From NCBI GenBank assembly GCA_963731815.1, contig CAVSWW010000011.1:343466-407465 (forward strand): a stretch of 64,000 nt of DNA, written 5' to 3'. Made by a program: the position numbers and the translations under genes. The stretch's first letter is position 1. Each line of letters starts with the position of its first letter. The DNA is from an uncultured Acidimicrobiia bacterium. Its GTDB lineage: Bacteria; Actinomycetota; Acidimicrobiia; IMCC26256; PALSA-555. The notes under the pieces were generated by a model. The model saw only the letters and a program-made list of their open reading frames with translations. It ran no database searches and had not been told where the DNA came from. This document shows positions 1 through 9,510 of this stretch, in pieces.

Positions 1-107
1 AGTCATCATTGTGACGGGCAGGTGGACGGGAGTCAAGTCACGGGGAAACGGCGTCCCGTCGGGCGGGAGCGCACGCGACCCCCAAACTCGGGTCCTACAC
101 TCCGCAC

Positions 108-539
108 GTGCCTCAGCACCCGGGCTCGTTCTCGTGGCCGGCACCCTCGCCGGCGAGCGTCGGCCAGATCGCGGGCCGTCGCCACGTCGACTACGCCCTG
201 GCCCGGCGGGCCACCCTCGAAGACCTGCGCACGGGTCGGCGCGAGCGCGAGGACGTCTGCGACGCGCACCCCGAGCTCCTGCGGGCGGGCCGGCACGTGG
301 GCGACTGGGTCGACGGCGACTGCCCCGTGTGCGGCCATGCGAGCCTGCGCCTCGTCTCCTACGTCTACGGCGACGCGCTGCGCCACGCGAACGGTCGCTG
401 CATCGCGTCGGAGCAGGAGCTCGCCAAGCTCGAGTCGGCGCACGAGGAGTTCTCCCGCTACGTCGTCGAGGTGTGCCTCGACTGCGGGTGGAACCACCTC
501 ACCCGCCACGAGCTCCACGGGCGACGGCACTCCGCCTGA
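108..539 (+). CDS. DUF5318-like conserved actinobacterial protein with two Cys pairs
   Basis: GTG-start 143-aa ORF. It has CPVC and CLDC pairs and the motifs VDYALARRATL, CDAHPELLRAG and VVEVCLDCGWNHL. It sits upstream of the rpsF-ssb block, as in other actinobacteria. Family name is from memory, not searched. Confidence 0.6.
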   Translation: MPQHPGSFSWPAPSPASVGQIAGRRHVDYALARRATLEDLRTGRREREDVCDAHPELLRAGRHVGDWVDGDCPVCGHASLRLVSYVYGDALRHANGRCIASEQELAKLESAHEEFSRYVVEVCLDCGWNHLTRHELHGRRHSA

Positions 540-649
540 CGAGTCGTCCGCAACCATGGGGCTGCGCCGGCGGCGCAGCCCGTCACGACCTATTAGGGTT
601 CTCGGTGCTGCCGGGAGCCGTGCGTGCCCTGGACGGCGGAGGTCACGAG

Positions 650-1579
650 ATGGCCGCAGGGACCACTCACACGAAGCGGGTCACCGCGCCCGACGTCGCG
701 ATGCGCAAGGCCGCGATCCGGGACGGCGAGGCTGCCCCGCTGGTCATGGTCACCGCGTACGACGCGCCATCGGCGCGCGTCGTCGACGGGCGCGGGCGTC
801 GACATGATCCTCGTGGGCGACACGCTCGCGATGGTCGTGCTCGGCTACGACGACACGCTCCAGGTGACGACCGAGGACATGGCGCACCACGTGGGTGCGG
901 TCGCGCGCACGTCGCCACAGGCGCTCGTCGTCGGCGACCTCCCCTGGCTCAGCTACCACGTGTCCACCGCCGAGACCGTCCACAACGCGGCGAGCCTGGT
1001 CCGCGCCGGCGCCGGCGCGGTGAAGCTCGAGGGTGGCCGCAAGCGCCTCGACGCGGTGAACGCGATCCTCGATGCCGAGATCCCGGTCATGGGACACCTC
1101 GGGCTCACGCCGCAGTCGATCCACGCGCTCGGCGGGTTCCGGGTGCAGGGCAAGGACCTCGAGGCCGCCCGGGCGCTGGTCGACGACGCGATCGCGCTGG
1201 CCGAGGCCGGCTGCTTCGCCATCGTGCTCGAGTGCGTGCCCGACGCCGTCGCCCGCCTCGTCACCGACACGGTGCCCGTGCCCACGATCGGCATCGGGGC
1301 GGGCCGCCACTGTGACGGGCAGGTGCTCGTGTACCACGACCTGCTCGGCCTGCAGGACACGCTGAAGCCGAAGTTCGTGCGTCGCTACGCGGAGCTCGGA
1401 CGCGACGCCACGACAGCCGTCGCGCGCTTCGCCGGCGGACGTGCGCGGCGGGCCGCTTCCCCTCGAGCGAAGAGACGTACCACGCAGCCGACCACCTGCC
1501 CGACGAGCTGAAGATCGACGGCTCGGACACGCGGTCGAGCACGGGCGACAGCGAGACCCAGGAGCCCGCTCCGGCGTGA
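650..1579 (+). CDS. panB: 3-methyl-2-oxobutanoate hydroxymethyltransferase, frameshifted as assembled
   Basis: ATG 650 opens MAAGTTHTKRVTAPDV..LVMVTAYDAPSARVVD in frame 2. The body (GVDMILVGDTLAMVVLGYDDTLQVT..PTIGIGAGRHCDGQVLVYHDLLG) is in frame 3. The tail (GRFPSSEETYHAADHLPDEL.., stop 1577-1579) returns to frame 2. Frame breaks lie near 785 and 1445. Confidence 0.85.
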
Positions 1580-2100
1580 CCCGCGGCAACTGGGTCGCGG
1601 CGCTCGCCGCGGGGATCCTCCTGATCGGCGGCGTCGCGATCGTGGTCGTCGCGCTCGCCGGCAACGACGACGACGAGGCGGCGGCCCGACCGAGCGGCCC
1701 GCTCGCCGGCGCGCTCGCCGACGCCGAGCCGGCGCGCGACCCGTTCACCGGCAGCACCTCGACGACGATCGGCGTCGGCGGCGAGCCGTTCGACGTCGTG
1801 CTCGCCGACGAGGGCGACGAGCGGTACCAGGGCCTCCGCGAGCGGGAGGACCTCGGGCCCTACGACGGGATGCTCTTCGTGTTCGACGCGCCCACCCGGT
1901 CGTCGTTCACGATGTCGACCGTGCCGGTGCCCCTCGACATCGGCTTCTACGACGCGCAGGGCGAGGTCGTCGACCGGCTGCTGATGAAGCCGTGCCCCGA
2001 CTCGCAGTCGCAGTGCCCGCTGTACTCCCCCAAGGCCGAGTTCACGTACGCGCTCGAGACGCTGAAAGGCGACCTGCCCGAGGGCCCCCTCTCCCGTTGA
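1576..2100 (+). CDS. DUF192-domain secreted or membrane-anchored protein
   Basis: GTG 1576 overlaps the panB stop (GTGA). It has an N-terminal TM helix (WVAALAAGILLIGGVAIVVVAL) and DUF192-like motifs (YQGLREREDLGPYDGMLFVFD, MSTVPVPLDIGFYD). Confidence 0.7.
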   Translation: MTRGNWVAALAAGILLIGGVAIVVVALAGNDDDEAAARPSGPLAGALADAEPARDPFTGSTSTTIGVGGEPFDVVLADEGDERYQGLREREDLGPYDGMLFVFDAPTRSSFTMSTVPVPLDIGFYDAQGEVVDRLLMKPCPDSQSQCPLYSPKAEFTYALETLKGDLPEGPLSR

Positions 2101-2335
2101 GCCGATTCGAGCGGTGAAGGCCGACGCCACGGAGGTGTCACACCCAGGCCGTACCGTCGTCGTCAGCACGCCGAGGCCGAGCCCCGCGGCGCGCGCTGGT
2201 AGCCTGACCCGCTCGACAACCGAAACGTCCTGCTCTGTCGGCCGGGTCCCCGCGATCGGCAGAGCCCAGGGTGAGGCGCAGGTCCGGTCACCGGGCGGGC
2301 GTCGGCGATCCCTCGGTCCGAAGGAGGAACGGCCA

Positions 2336-2659
2336 ATGAGGCCGTACGAAGTGATGGTCATCTACGACGCGGACCTGGAAGAGAGCGCGGTCCGCGCCTC
2401 GGTCGAAGAGTCGCGCCAGCAGCTCGCGTCCAAGGGCGCCGAGCTCGGCCCCGTCGACTTCTGGGGCAAGCGCCGGCTCGCCTACCGCTTGAAGCACCGC
2501 TGGGAGGGCTACTACGTGGTCCTCCAGGCCAGGGCCGAGCCCGCAGCGATGGACGAGCTCGGCCGCACCCTGTCGCTCGCCGACGAGGTGATGCGCCACA
2601 AGGTGCTGCGCATCCCCGAAGCGGTGTACGGGAAGCTCGGCACACCCGCCGAGCAGTAG
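2336..2659 (+). CDS. rpsF: 30S ribosomal protein S6
   Basis: ATG 2336 follows the RBS AAGGAGGA (2321-2328). Sequence MRPYEVMVIYDADLEES..WGKRRLAYRLKHRWEGYYVV is typical S6. It is in frame with ORF 2114..2659. Confidence 0.95.
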   Translation: MRPYEVMVIYDADLEESAVRASVEESRQQLASKGAELGPVDFWGKRRLAYRLKHRWEGYYVVLQARAEPAAMDELGRTLSLADEVMRHKVLRIPEAVYGKLGTPAEQ

Positions 2660-2707
2660 GTCGACGGACGACGCCCCGGCCGCGCCGGGAGAGGACAGGA
2701 GGCCGCC

Positions 2708-3229
2708 ATGGCCGACAACACAGTGACCCTCGTAGGCAACATCACCCGTGACCCCGAGCTGCGCTACACGGCCGGGGGGCAGGCGACGTCGAGCTTCGGT
2801 CTCGCCGTGAACCGCCGCTGGCAGAACCGCCAGACGCAGGAGTGGGAGGAGCGCGTCAGCTTCTTCAACGTCGTGTGCTGGCGTGAGATGGCCGAGAACG
2901 TCGCGGAGTCGCTCGCCAAGGGCTCGCGCATCGTGGTGACCGGCCGACTCGAGCAGCGCTCGTGGGAGACGGAGCAGGGCGACAAGCGCAGCGTCGTCGA
3001 GATCACCGCCGACGACATCGGCCCGAGCCTGCGCTGGGCGACCGCGCAGGTGACGCGCAACGAGCGCCGCGGCGACTTCGGCGGCGGCGGCGGTGGTGGC
3101 GGCGGCCAGGGTGGCGGCGGTGGCGGCGGCCAGGGCGGCGGCGGTGGCGGCGGTCAGCGACCTGCGCCCGAAGGCGGCGGCGGTCAGGGTGGCGGCGGCT
3201 ACGACGACATGACCGAAGAGCCCTTCTAG
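2708..3229 (+). CDS. ssb: single-stranded DNA-binding protein
   Basis: OB-fold N-terminus (NTVTLVGNITRDPELRYT), a Gly/Gln-rich linker, and an acidic C-terminal tip DDMTEEPF. Confidence 0.95.
   Translation: MADNTVTLVGNITRDPELRYTAGGQATSSFGLAVNRRWQNRQTQEWEERVSFFNVVCWREMAENVAESLAKGSRIVVTGRLEQRSWETEQGDKRSVVEITADDIGPSLRWATAQVTRNERRGDFGGGGGGGGGQGGGGGGGQGGGGGGGQRPAPEGGGGQGGGGYDDMTEEPF
3080..3157 (+). repeat. coding low-complexity tandem repeat in the ssb linker (about 3 x 24 nt, GGGGGGGQ units)
   Basis: The protein reads FGGGGGGGGGQGGGGGGGQGGGGGGGQ. The nucleotide sequence is GGC/GGT runs punctuated by CAG. Confidence 0.85.
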
Positions 3230-3265
3230 GGCCGGCAACGACTTCGAAGAGGACGAACCAGACTC

Positions 3266-3793
3266 ATGGCACGACCCAGGACGAATCGACGCAAGACCGA
3301 GCGCGAGGACCGGAAGCCGAAGCGGAAGATCTCCATCCTCGACCAGGAGTCGGTCACCTACGTCGACTACAAGGACGTCAACCTGCTCCGGCGGTTCATG
3401 TCGGAGCGGGCGAAGATCCGTGCCCGGCGCGTGACCGGCAACGATGCGCAGCAGCAGCGCGAGGTCGCTCGGGCGATCCGCGTCGCCCGTGAGATGGCGC
3501 TGCTGCCGTACTCGGTGCGCCAGGTGACGCACCGGAGCAAGGGCAAGCGCGGCGACCGCGGCGACCGCGAGGGTCCGCTGCGGATGTCCGACACGTCGAG
3601 CCCGCTCCCGTCGCCCGACGCGCCGCCGCCGACCGCCGCCGACGTCGACGTCGAGGCGCTCGACCCGGCGACCGCCGAGCTCGAGACGGCTGCCGCGGTC
3701 GAGACCGAGGTGGACGGCGCCGAGGGCGCAGACGCGGAGGTCGCGGAGGTCGCGGAGGCCGCGGCGCCCGACGACGGTGGCTCCGACGAGTGA
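3266..3793 (+). CDS. rpsR: 30S ribosomal protein S18 with an acidic C-terminal extension of about 95 aa
   Basis: The S18 core runs [43 protein letters not shown]. The ORF then continues 95 codons (Asp/Glu/Ala/Val-rich, third codon positions still G/C-biased) to the stop at 3791-3793. Confidence 0.9.
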   Translation: MARPRTNRRKTEREDRKPKRKISILDQESVTYVDYKDVNLLRRFMSERAKIRARRVTGNDAQQQREVARAIRVAREMALLPYSVRQVTHRSKGKRGDRGDREGPLRMSDTSSPLPSPDAPPPTAADVDVEALDPATAELETAAAVETEVDGAEGADAEVAEVAEAAAPDDGGSDE

Positions 3794-3802
3794 GGACGAG
3801 TC

Positions 3803-4249
3803 GTGAAGATCGTCCTGCGTGAAGACGTCGAGACGCTCGGCCAGAAGGGCGACATCGTCGACGTGGCCGACGGCTACGCGCGCAACTTCCTGGTGCCGCG
3901 CGGCCTGGCGATGAAGGCGTCGAAGGGCGTCGTCGCCCAGGCCGAGGCCATGCGGCGCAACCGCACCGCACGCGACGTGCGCGAGCGCGAGGCCGCCGAG
4001 GAGATCGCGGGCCGCCTCTCGGCGACTCGGGTCACCGTCACGGCCCGCGCGGGTGAGGGCGGCAAGCTGTTCGGCTCGGTCACGTCCGCCGACGTCGCCG
4101 ACGCCATCGCAGCCGCCGTCGCCGCCGAGATCGACCGGCGCAGCGTGCAGCTCGACGAGCCACTCAAGGAGCTCGGCGAGGTCGAGGTGCCCGTGCGGCT
4201 CCATCCCGAGGTGACGGCGACCGTCAACGTCGAGGTCGTCGCGGGCTGA
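3803..4249 (+). CDS. rplI: 50S ribosomal protein L9
   Basis: GTG start. MKIVLREDVETLGQKGDIVDVADGYARNFLVPRGLA is a classic L9 N-terminus. Confidence 0.95.
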   Translation: MKIVLREDVETLGQKGDIVDVADGYARNFLVPRGLAMKASKGVVAQAEAMRRNRTARDVREREAAEEIAGRLSATRVTVTARAGEGGKLFGSVTSADVADAIAAAVAAEIDRRSVQLDEPLKELGEVEVPVRLHPEVTATVNVEVVAG

Positions 4250-4271
4250 CCCACCGCTGAAGTCCGAAGCC

Positions 4272-4295
4272 GGCCCCGGGCAGCGTCCCGGGGCC
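4272..4295 (+). terminator. stem-loop terminator candidate after rplI
   Basis: GGCCCCGGG-cagcgt-CCCGGGGCC forms a perfect 9-bp stem 23 nt after the rplI stop, followed by TCTTC. Confidence 0.6.
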
Positions 4296-4411
4296 TCTTC
4301 GCGTCCGCTCCCGGGCCCGGAGACGGGCTGTCACACCCCCGCGGGAAGATTCTTTCGCGGGCGCCCGCCGTCCGAACGACGTCAGGCTCAGGAAACAAGC
4401 AGGTGAACGGG

Positions 4412-4475
4412 TTATCCACAGCCCTGGGGAGAGGGAAATGCCGAGTCCACAGGGAAATCGCTCTATCGATCCACA
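4412..4475 (+). promoter_or_regulatory. DnaA-box cluster in the dnaB upstream region
   Basis: A perfect TTATCCACA lies at 4412-4420. Two TCCACA-core boxes are GAGTCCACA (4443-4451) and CGATCCACA (4467-4475), all in the same orientation. AGGGAAAT is duplicated at 4432-4439 and 4451-4458. The stretch is locally AT-richer. Confidence 0.5.
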
Positions 4476-4582
4476 AGCGTCATGTGCGCAGATAGCGACC
4501 TCGCAGTCGGTACGTGAACTGGCGGTGACGCGCCGGAGAACGTCCCGGGTGCCCGGATGAGCGGCAGGGGAGAGGGTACGGG

Positions 4583-5951
4583 GTGGTCCAGGCACTCGAA
4601 GCGACGCCGCGACGCGGCGTAGGGCGGGTCCCGCCGCACAACCTCGAGGCCGAGGAGTCGCTGCTCGGAGCGATGCTCCTCTCGCGCGACGCGATCAGCG
4701 GCGCGACCGAGGTCGGCGTCGACACGGCCGACTTCTACAAGCCCGCGCACGCCAACATCTACGACGCGGTCATGTCGCTCTACGGGCAGGGCGAGCCGGT
4801 CGACCCGGTCACCGTCGCCGACGAGCTGCGCCGCGCCGATCTGCTCGACGGGCTCGGCGGCCGTCAGGCGCTGCTGCGGCTCCAGGCGCAGACGCCCGCG
4901 TCCGCGAACGCGACGCACTACGCGCGAGATCGTCAACGAGCTCGCGCTGCTGCGCCGGCTCATCGCGGTCGCGGGCGAGATCTCCGAGATGGGGTACGAC
5001 GACTCCGGCGAGGTGGCGGAGACCCTCGACCGCGCCGAGTCGCTCGTGTTCGAGGTCGCCGAGCGGCGCGTGTCCGACTCGATGACCGGCGTGTCCGACG
5101 CGCTGCAGGACACCCTCGACCAGCTCGAGGCGCTGTACGGCAGCGACGGCGAGATCACCGGCGTCGAGACCGGCTACGTCGACCTCGACAGCATGCTGCT
5201 CGGTCTCCAGCCGTCGAACCTGCTCGTCGTCGCGGCAAGGCCGGGAGCGGGGAAGACCGCGTGGGCGCTCGGCGCCGCCGCGAACGTGGCGATGGTCGCG
5301 CGCCGGCCGGTCATGTTCTTCTCGATGGAGATGGGGACCCTCGAGCTCACGAAGCGCCTCCTGTCCGGGGAGTCACGCGTCGAGCTGCGCAAGCTCCAGA
5401 CCGGCAAGATCCGCGAGGAGGAGTGGACGCGCCTCTCGCACGCGGTCGGGCGGCTCGCCGAGACGCCGCTGCTCATCGACGACAACCCGCACTGCACCGT
5501 GATGGAGATGCGCGCGAAGGCGCGGCGCACCAAGGCGCGCTACGGCGACCTCGGGCTCGTGGTCGTCGACTACCTCCAGCTGATGACGCCGAGCACGACG
5601 CGCCGCACCGAGAACCGGCAGGTCGAGGTCGCGGAGATCTCGCGTGGCCTGAAGATCCTCGCCCGCGAGCTCGAGTGCCCGGTCGTCGCGCTCTCGCAGC
5701 TCAACCGACAGCTCGAGTACCGCCAGGACAAGCGCCCGATGCTCGCCGACCTCCGTGAGAGTGGATCGCTCGAGCAAGACTCGGACGTCGTGATCTTCCT
5801 GTACCGCGACGAGATCTACAACCCGGAGTCGGATCAGCGCGGCACCGCGGAGATCATCGTGGCGAAGCACAGGAACGGCCCCACCGGCGTGACGCGCCTC
5901 GCGTTCCTCGACCACTTCACGAAGTTCGCCAACATGGCGCGCGACACCTGA
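4583..5951 (+). CDS. dnaB: replicative DNA helicase DnaB, one frame break as assembled
   Basis: The N-terminal domain (PHNLEAEESLLGAMLLSRDAI..) is in the ORF 4583 frame. The RecA-like domain with Walker A (ARPGAGKTAWAL) and SQLNRQLE is in the ORF 4989..5951 frame. The break lies near 4926, in HYA..IVNELALLRRLI. Confidence 0.9.
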
Positions 5952-5961
5952 GCGCGCACGT

Positions 5962-6579
5962 GTGAGCGATCTCGTGCGCGGCGACGACGGGCGTCGTCGC
6001 TGCTCGTGGGGATCCGCGCCGCCCGACTACCTCGAGTACCACGACCGCGAGTGGGGCCGTCCCGTCGCGGACGAGATCCGGCTCTACGAGAAGCTGTGCC
6101 TGGAGGGCTTCCAGTCCGGGCTCTCGTGGCTCACCATCTTGCGCAAGCGCGAGGGCTTCCGTGCCGCGTTCGCCGGCTTCGACCCCGAGAAGGTCGCGCG
6201 GTTCGGCTCGCGCGACGTCACCCGCCTGCTGCGGGACGCGTCGATCGTGCGGCACCGCGGCAAGATCGAGGCCGCCATCGCGAACGCCCGGGCGGTGCTC
6301 GCCGTCCACGACGACGGGCGCAGCCTCGCGGCGCTCGTGTGGTCGCACGAGCCGCGGGGTCGTCGTCGGGCCCCGAAGGCGTTCGTCGACCTCCAGGCGC
6401 AGACGATCGAGTCGCAGGCGCTCGCGAAGGAGCTGAAGCGCTACGGGTTCCGGTTCGTCGGCCCCACGACCGCCTACGCGGCGATGCAGTCGCTCGGCCT
6501 CGTCAACGACCACCTCGTCGGCTGTGCCGCCCGCACCGAGTGCACGAAGGCCCGCAAGGCCTTCACCGCGCCCACCTGA
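5962..6579 (+). CDS. tag: DNA-3-methyladenine glycosylase I
   Basis: YHDREWGRPV, LCLEGFQSGLSWLTILRKREGFR, FVGPTTAYAAMQSLGLVNDH and C-terminal Cys/His residues are typical of Tag. Confidence 0.85.
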   Translation: MSDLVRGDDGRRRCSWGSAPPDYLEYHDREWGRPVADEIRLYEKLCLEGFQSGLSWLTILRKREGFRAAFAGFDPEKVARFGSRDVTRLLRDASIVRHRGKIEAAIANARAVLAVHDDGRSLAALVWSHEPRGRRRAPKAFVDLQAQTIESQALAKELKRYGFRFVGPTTAYAAMQSLGLVNDHLVGCAARTECTKARKAFTAPT

Positions 6580-6591
6580 GCCGGCAGGGCC

Positions 6592-7203
6592 TCAGCAGCG
6601 ACCGCCCCAGGGCTGGTTGCCGCGGCTCTGGTACAGCACGTGGGCGATCTCGTCCTGGTCGCCGGGCGCCGCGCTCGCGGGGTCCAGGCCGACGAGGTCG
6701 TCGCGGCCCGAGGCAGCCGAGTTGGAGTCCCAGGTCGACTGGTCGAACTGCCATGCCCCTCGGTAGGTGCCGCCCGGGCTGACGGCGCCGTAGTTGCCGT
6801 CGCTCTCGATGTCGAGCGTGCACTCCTTGAAGCACGAGAAGTCACCGGCGCAGCGCGAGCCGCCGCCACCCCCGGATCCGCTGCGGCTCCGGAGGAACTG
6901 CGCGAACGCCTCCCGCTTCTGCGCGTCCTCGGCCGCGGCGATGAACTGCGCCCGGGCCATGTTCTCGGCGGCCAGCGTCGCGAGCCCGTTCTCCTGGACC
7001 CCGGTGGCCTCCCAGCTGAGCGCGTACGACATGTCGACGTCGTCGAGCGCCGCGTCGCTGAGCAGCTCGGTGTACACCGTGACCGGGTCGGGCGCGGCCT
7101 GCGCCGCGGCGCGGGCCCCGCTGCCGGCGGTGATCGCCGAGGCGAGCGCGCCGACGACGAGCAGGCCGGCGACGAGCAGCTGCGGGCGTGGGACGGCGGT
7201 CAT
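6592..7203 (-). CDS. secreted transglycosylase-like (Rpf-type domain) protein
   Basis: ATG at 7203 opens a signal/TM region (LLVAGLLVVGALASAITAG). The C-terminal CTLDIESDGNYGAVSPGGTYRGAWQFDQSTWDS..QPWGGRC resembles the Rpf transglycosylase-like domain. It is the 3-prime third of ORF 6592..8028. Confidence 0.65.
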   Translation of the reverse strand: MTAVPRPQLLVAGLLVVGALASAITAGSGARAAAQAAPDPVTVYTELLSDAALDDVDMSYALSWEATGVQENGLATLAAENMARAQFIAAAEDAQKREAFAQFLRSRSGSGGGGGSRCAGDFSCFKECTLDIESDGNYGAVSPGGTYRGAWQFDQSTWDSNSAASGRDDLVGLDPASAAPGDQDEIAHVLYQSRGNQPWGGRC

Positions 7204-8357
7204 CCGGGGACGCGCTCTCCTGATCGGCCGAGGTCGAATCGCTCGGTGTACCGGGCAAATCGCTCGTCGATCGCATCGGCATCGAGGCCCAGCTCCTCGA
7301 GGCGATATCGGTGGCGTCCGTGCTCGCCCGGCGGGTGCTCGGCCATGTACAGGTCCATGGCCTCGTTCGCCGCCGGCGACAGCTCCTCGCCGAAGTGCTC
7401 GTAGACGCGCCGCACGCTGGCGACCGGGTCGGCGACGAGCTCGCCGTAGTCGACGTCGACGAAGCGGTCGTCGCCGTTGGCGTCGCGCCAGTCCATGACG
7501 CGGTCCACCATCTCCTCGGTGATCCGCGTCCAGCGCTCGTTGATCGCGTCGCCGTGGTCGACGTCGCTGAAGGTGCCCGACAGGGAGCGCACCAGGCTGC
7601 AGACCGACGCGACCACGGTCACGGGGTCGCGGTGCGTCATCACGAGGCGCGCGTCCGGGTAGTGCGCGACGACCTCGTCGAGGGCGAGGCAGTGGTTGGG
7701 GGTCTTGAGCGACCAGCGCCCGGGCGCGCTCGACTGCAGCAGCGCGAGCACCGACCGGTGGTAGTCGTAGGCCGTCGACCAGTCGGTCTGCAGCAGCCAC
7801 TCGTCGTACGCGCCGACGTTGGCGACCACCGACCAGAGCTGGCTGCGGAAGTCCTGCGACAGGACGGCGACGTCCTCGGTCGGCCCGTCGGGCGCCTCGT
7901 AGTGGATCGCCTTGAAGCCAGGGTTCAGCGCGTCCATGCCGTCCATGGCGACGCGTGCCTCCGCGATCCGGGGGTCGGTCGCCAGCTCCGCGGCCTTCGG
8001 CGGCGGCACCGAGCTCATCGCCTCCCACCGCAGGAGCGAGCGGTTCGCGGGGTCGCGGTGCAGCAGCTCCGACACGAGCGTCGTGCCCGTGCGGGGGAGG
8101 CCGAGCACGATGATCGGGCGTTCGATCGGCTCGTCGAGGGCGGCGGGGTGCTCCGCCAGCCAGGCGACGACCTGGAGCCGGTTCGTCAGGTTCGTCGTGA
8201 TCTGGGCGCCGATCGCGATCTCACCCAGCTCGCTGAGATCGGCCTCGGCCTCGAGGGAGGCCACGAACGTGTCGAGGCCCTCTCGCCAGCCGTCGGCGCC
8301 GAAGTCGTCGAGCCCCGCCTGCTCGCAGGCGTCGTCGACCAGCCGTCCAGCGTCCAT
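7200..8357 (-). CDS. sulfotransferase family protein
   Basis: Intact 385-aa ORF with a PAPS-binding-like LGLPRTGTTLVSELL and a later THRDPVTVVASV motif. Its stop overlaps the start of the downstream Rpf-like gene (ATGA). Confidence 0.7.
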   Translation of the reverse strand: MDAGRLVDDACEQAGLDDFGADGWREGLDTFVASLEAEADLSELGEIAIGAQITTNLTNRLQVVAWLAEHPAALDEPIERPIIVLGLPRTGTTLVSELLHRDPANRSLLRWEAMSSVPPPKAAELATDPRIAEARVAMDGMDALNPGFKAIHYEAPDGPTEDVAVLSQDFRSQLWSVVANVGAYDEWLLQTDWSTAYDYHRSVLALLQSSAPGRWSLKTPNHCLALDEVVAHYPDARLVMTHRDPVTVVASVCSLVRSLSGTFSDVDHGDAINERWTRITEEMVDRVMDWRDANGDDRFVDVDYGELVADPVASVRRVYEHFGEELSPAANEAMDLYMAEHPPGEHGRHRYRLEELGLDADAIDERFARYTERFDLGRSGERVPG

Positions 8358-8545
8358 GGGCCGACCAGGCTACGGGTGGCAGCGCCCCTGTGGCCAGTGT
8401 CGTCCAGTGTCCTGCTGGCAGTGGGGCTGGAGGCGAAAGGGGGCGGAAATCCACCATTTCGGCGGATCCCTTCAATATCGTCCGAAGCAGCGTTGCGTCG
8501 CCGACGTGACGTCCTTCTGACCGAACTCGACCTTGGGGGAAACCC

Positions 8546-8728
8546 GTGGCGCTCGCCATCGATCTCATGGGCAACACCTGGCAGTTCATCTTCTACGCAA
8601 TCGCGCTCGTGCTGTTCATCGCAGGCGGCATCGGCTTCAAGCCGGGCGGCGAGCGGGTGCAGCTGGTCGGTCTCGGCCTGGCTGCGTTCGTCTTCCCGAC
8701 GTTCTGGGACCGGTTGGCACTCCTGTAG
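8546..8728 (+). CDS. small two-TM hydrophobic protein (hypothetical)
   Basis: 60-aa ORF with a GTG start and two hydrophobic helices (WQFIFYAIALVLFIAGGIGF, LVGLGLAAFVFPTFW). No family recognised. Confidence 0.35.
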   Translation: MALAIDLMGNTWQFIFYAIALVLFIAGGIGFKPGGERVQLVGLGLAAFVFPTFWDRLALL

Positions 8729-8785
8729 TCGAGCCTCTCGGCCGCGGCGCGGGCTCCGCGCCGCGGCCGCGGGCCCGCGCCGTCG

Positions 8786-9445
8786 CTAGAACAGCTTGAG
8801 ATCGTCGGGCGCTCCGCCCCGGAGCTCCTCGAGATCGATCTCGATGCACTCGACGCCCCGGCTCTCCGCGAACACGCGGGCCTGCGGCTTGATGCGGGTC
8901 GCCACGAAGACCCCGCGCGTCGGCGCGAGCGTGCCGTCGCGATCGAGACGCTCCTGGTAGCGGAGCAGCTGCTCGACGCCGGCGATCTCACCGATCCGCT
9001 TCACCTCGACGACCACGGCGCGGCCGTCACCGTCACGACACAGCAGGTCGACGGGCCCCACGTCGGTCGGGTACTCCCGCCGCACGAGCAGGTAGTCGTC
9101 GCGCAGCGCCTGGACGCGCGCCGCGAGCAGCTCCTGCAGCTCGGCCTCCACCCCGTCCTTGGCGAGCCCGGGGTCGTCACCCAGCTCGAAGTCCTCGTCG
9201 AAGAGCACCTCGTGCAGCTCGATGACGAGCGTCTCGCCCTTCGGGTTCGCGACGGTCACCGTGCCGTCGTCCTCGGTGACGGTGCACGGCGGGTTCATCC
9301 AGTTGAGCGGCTTGTACGCCTTGCTGTCGGCGTGGATGGCCAGCGACCCGTCGGCCTTGAAGAGGAGGAGACGCTGCGCGCGCGGCAGGCGCGCGCCGAG
9401 ACGACCCGAGTACTCGACGGTGCAGTCGGCGACGACGAGGCGCAC
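8786..9445 (-). CDS. nucS: endonuclease NucS (EndoMS)
   Basis: GTG 9445 opens VRLVVADCTVEYSGRL. C-terminal motifs are PTDVGPVDLLCRD..VVVEVKR and QLLRYQERL. It is in frame with ORF 8786..9496. Confidence 0.9.
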   Translation of the reverse strand: MRLVVADCTVEYSGRLGARLPRAQRLLLFKADGSLAIHADSKAYKPLNWMNPPCTVTEDDGTVTVANPKGETLVIELHEVLFDEDFELGDDPGLAKDGVEAELQELLAARVQALRDDYLLVRREYPTDVGPVDLLCRDGDGRAVVVEVKRIGEIAGVEQLLRYQERLDRDGTLAPTRGVFVATRIKPQARVFAESRGVECIEIDLEELRGGAPDDLKLF

Positions 9446-9510
9446 GGGCCGACAATAGGATGCGGCCCTCCGGGGGCGGGCCGTCGACAGACACACAGGG
9501 GGGCAGGTAC

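Noticed and set aside
2288-4204. 638-aa minus-strand ORF.
   Set aside because: It is a shadow ORF antisense to rpsF-ssb-rpsR-rplI. Its composition is Arg/Ala/Gly/Leu-rich, as is typical of non-coding frames in GC-rich DNA.
4412-4475. Chromosomal replication origin (oriC) at the DnaA boxes.
   Set aside because: There are only three boxes, no AT-rich unwinding element and no dnaA or dnaN nearby. The context is the rplI-dnaB spacer, so a regulatory or titration role is more plausible.
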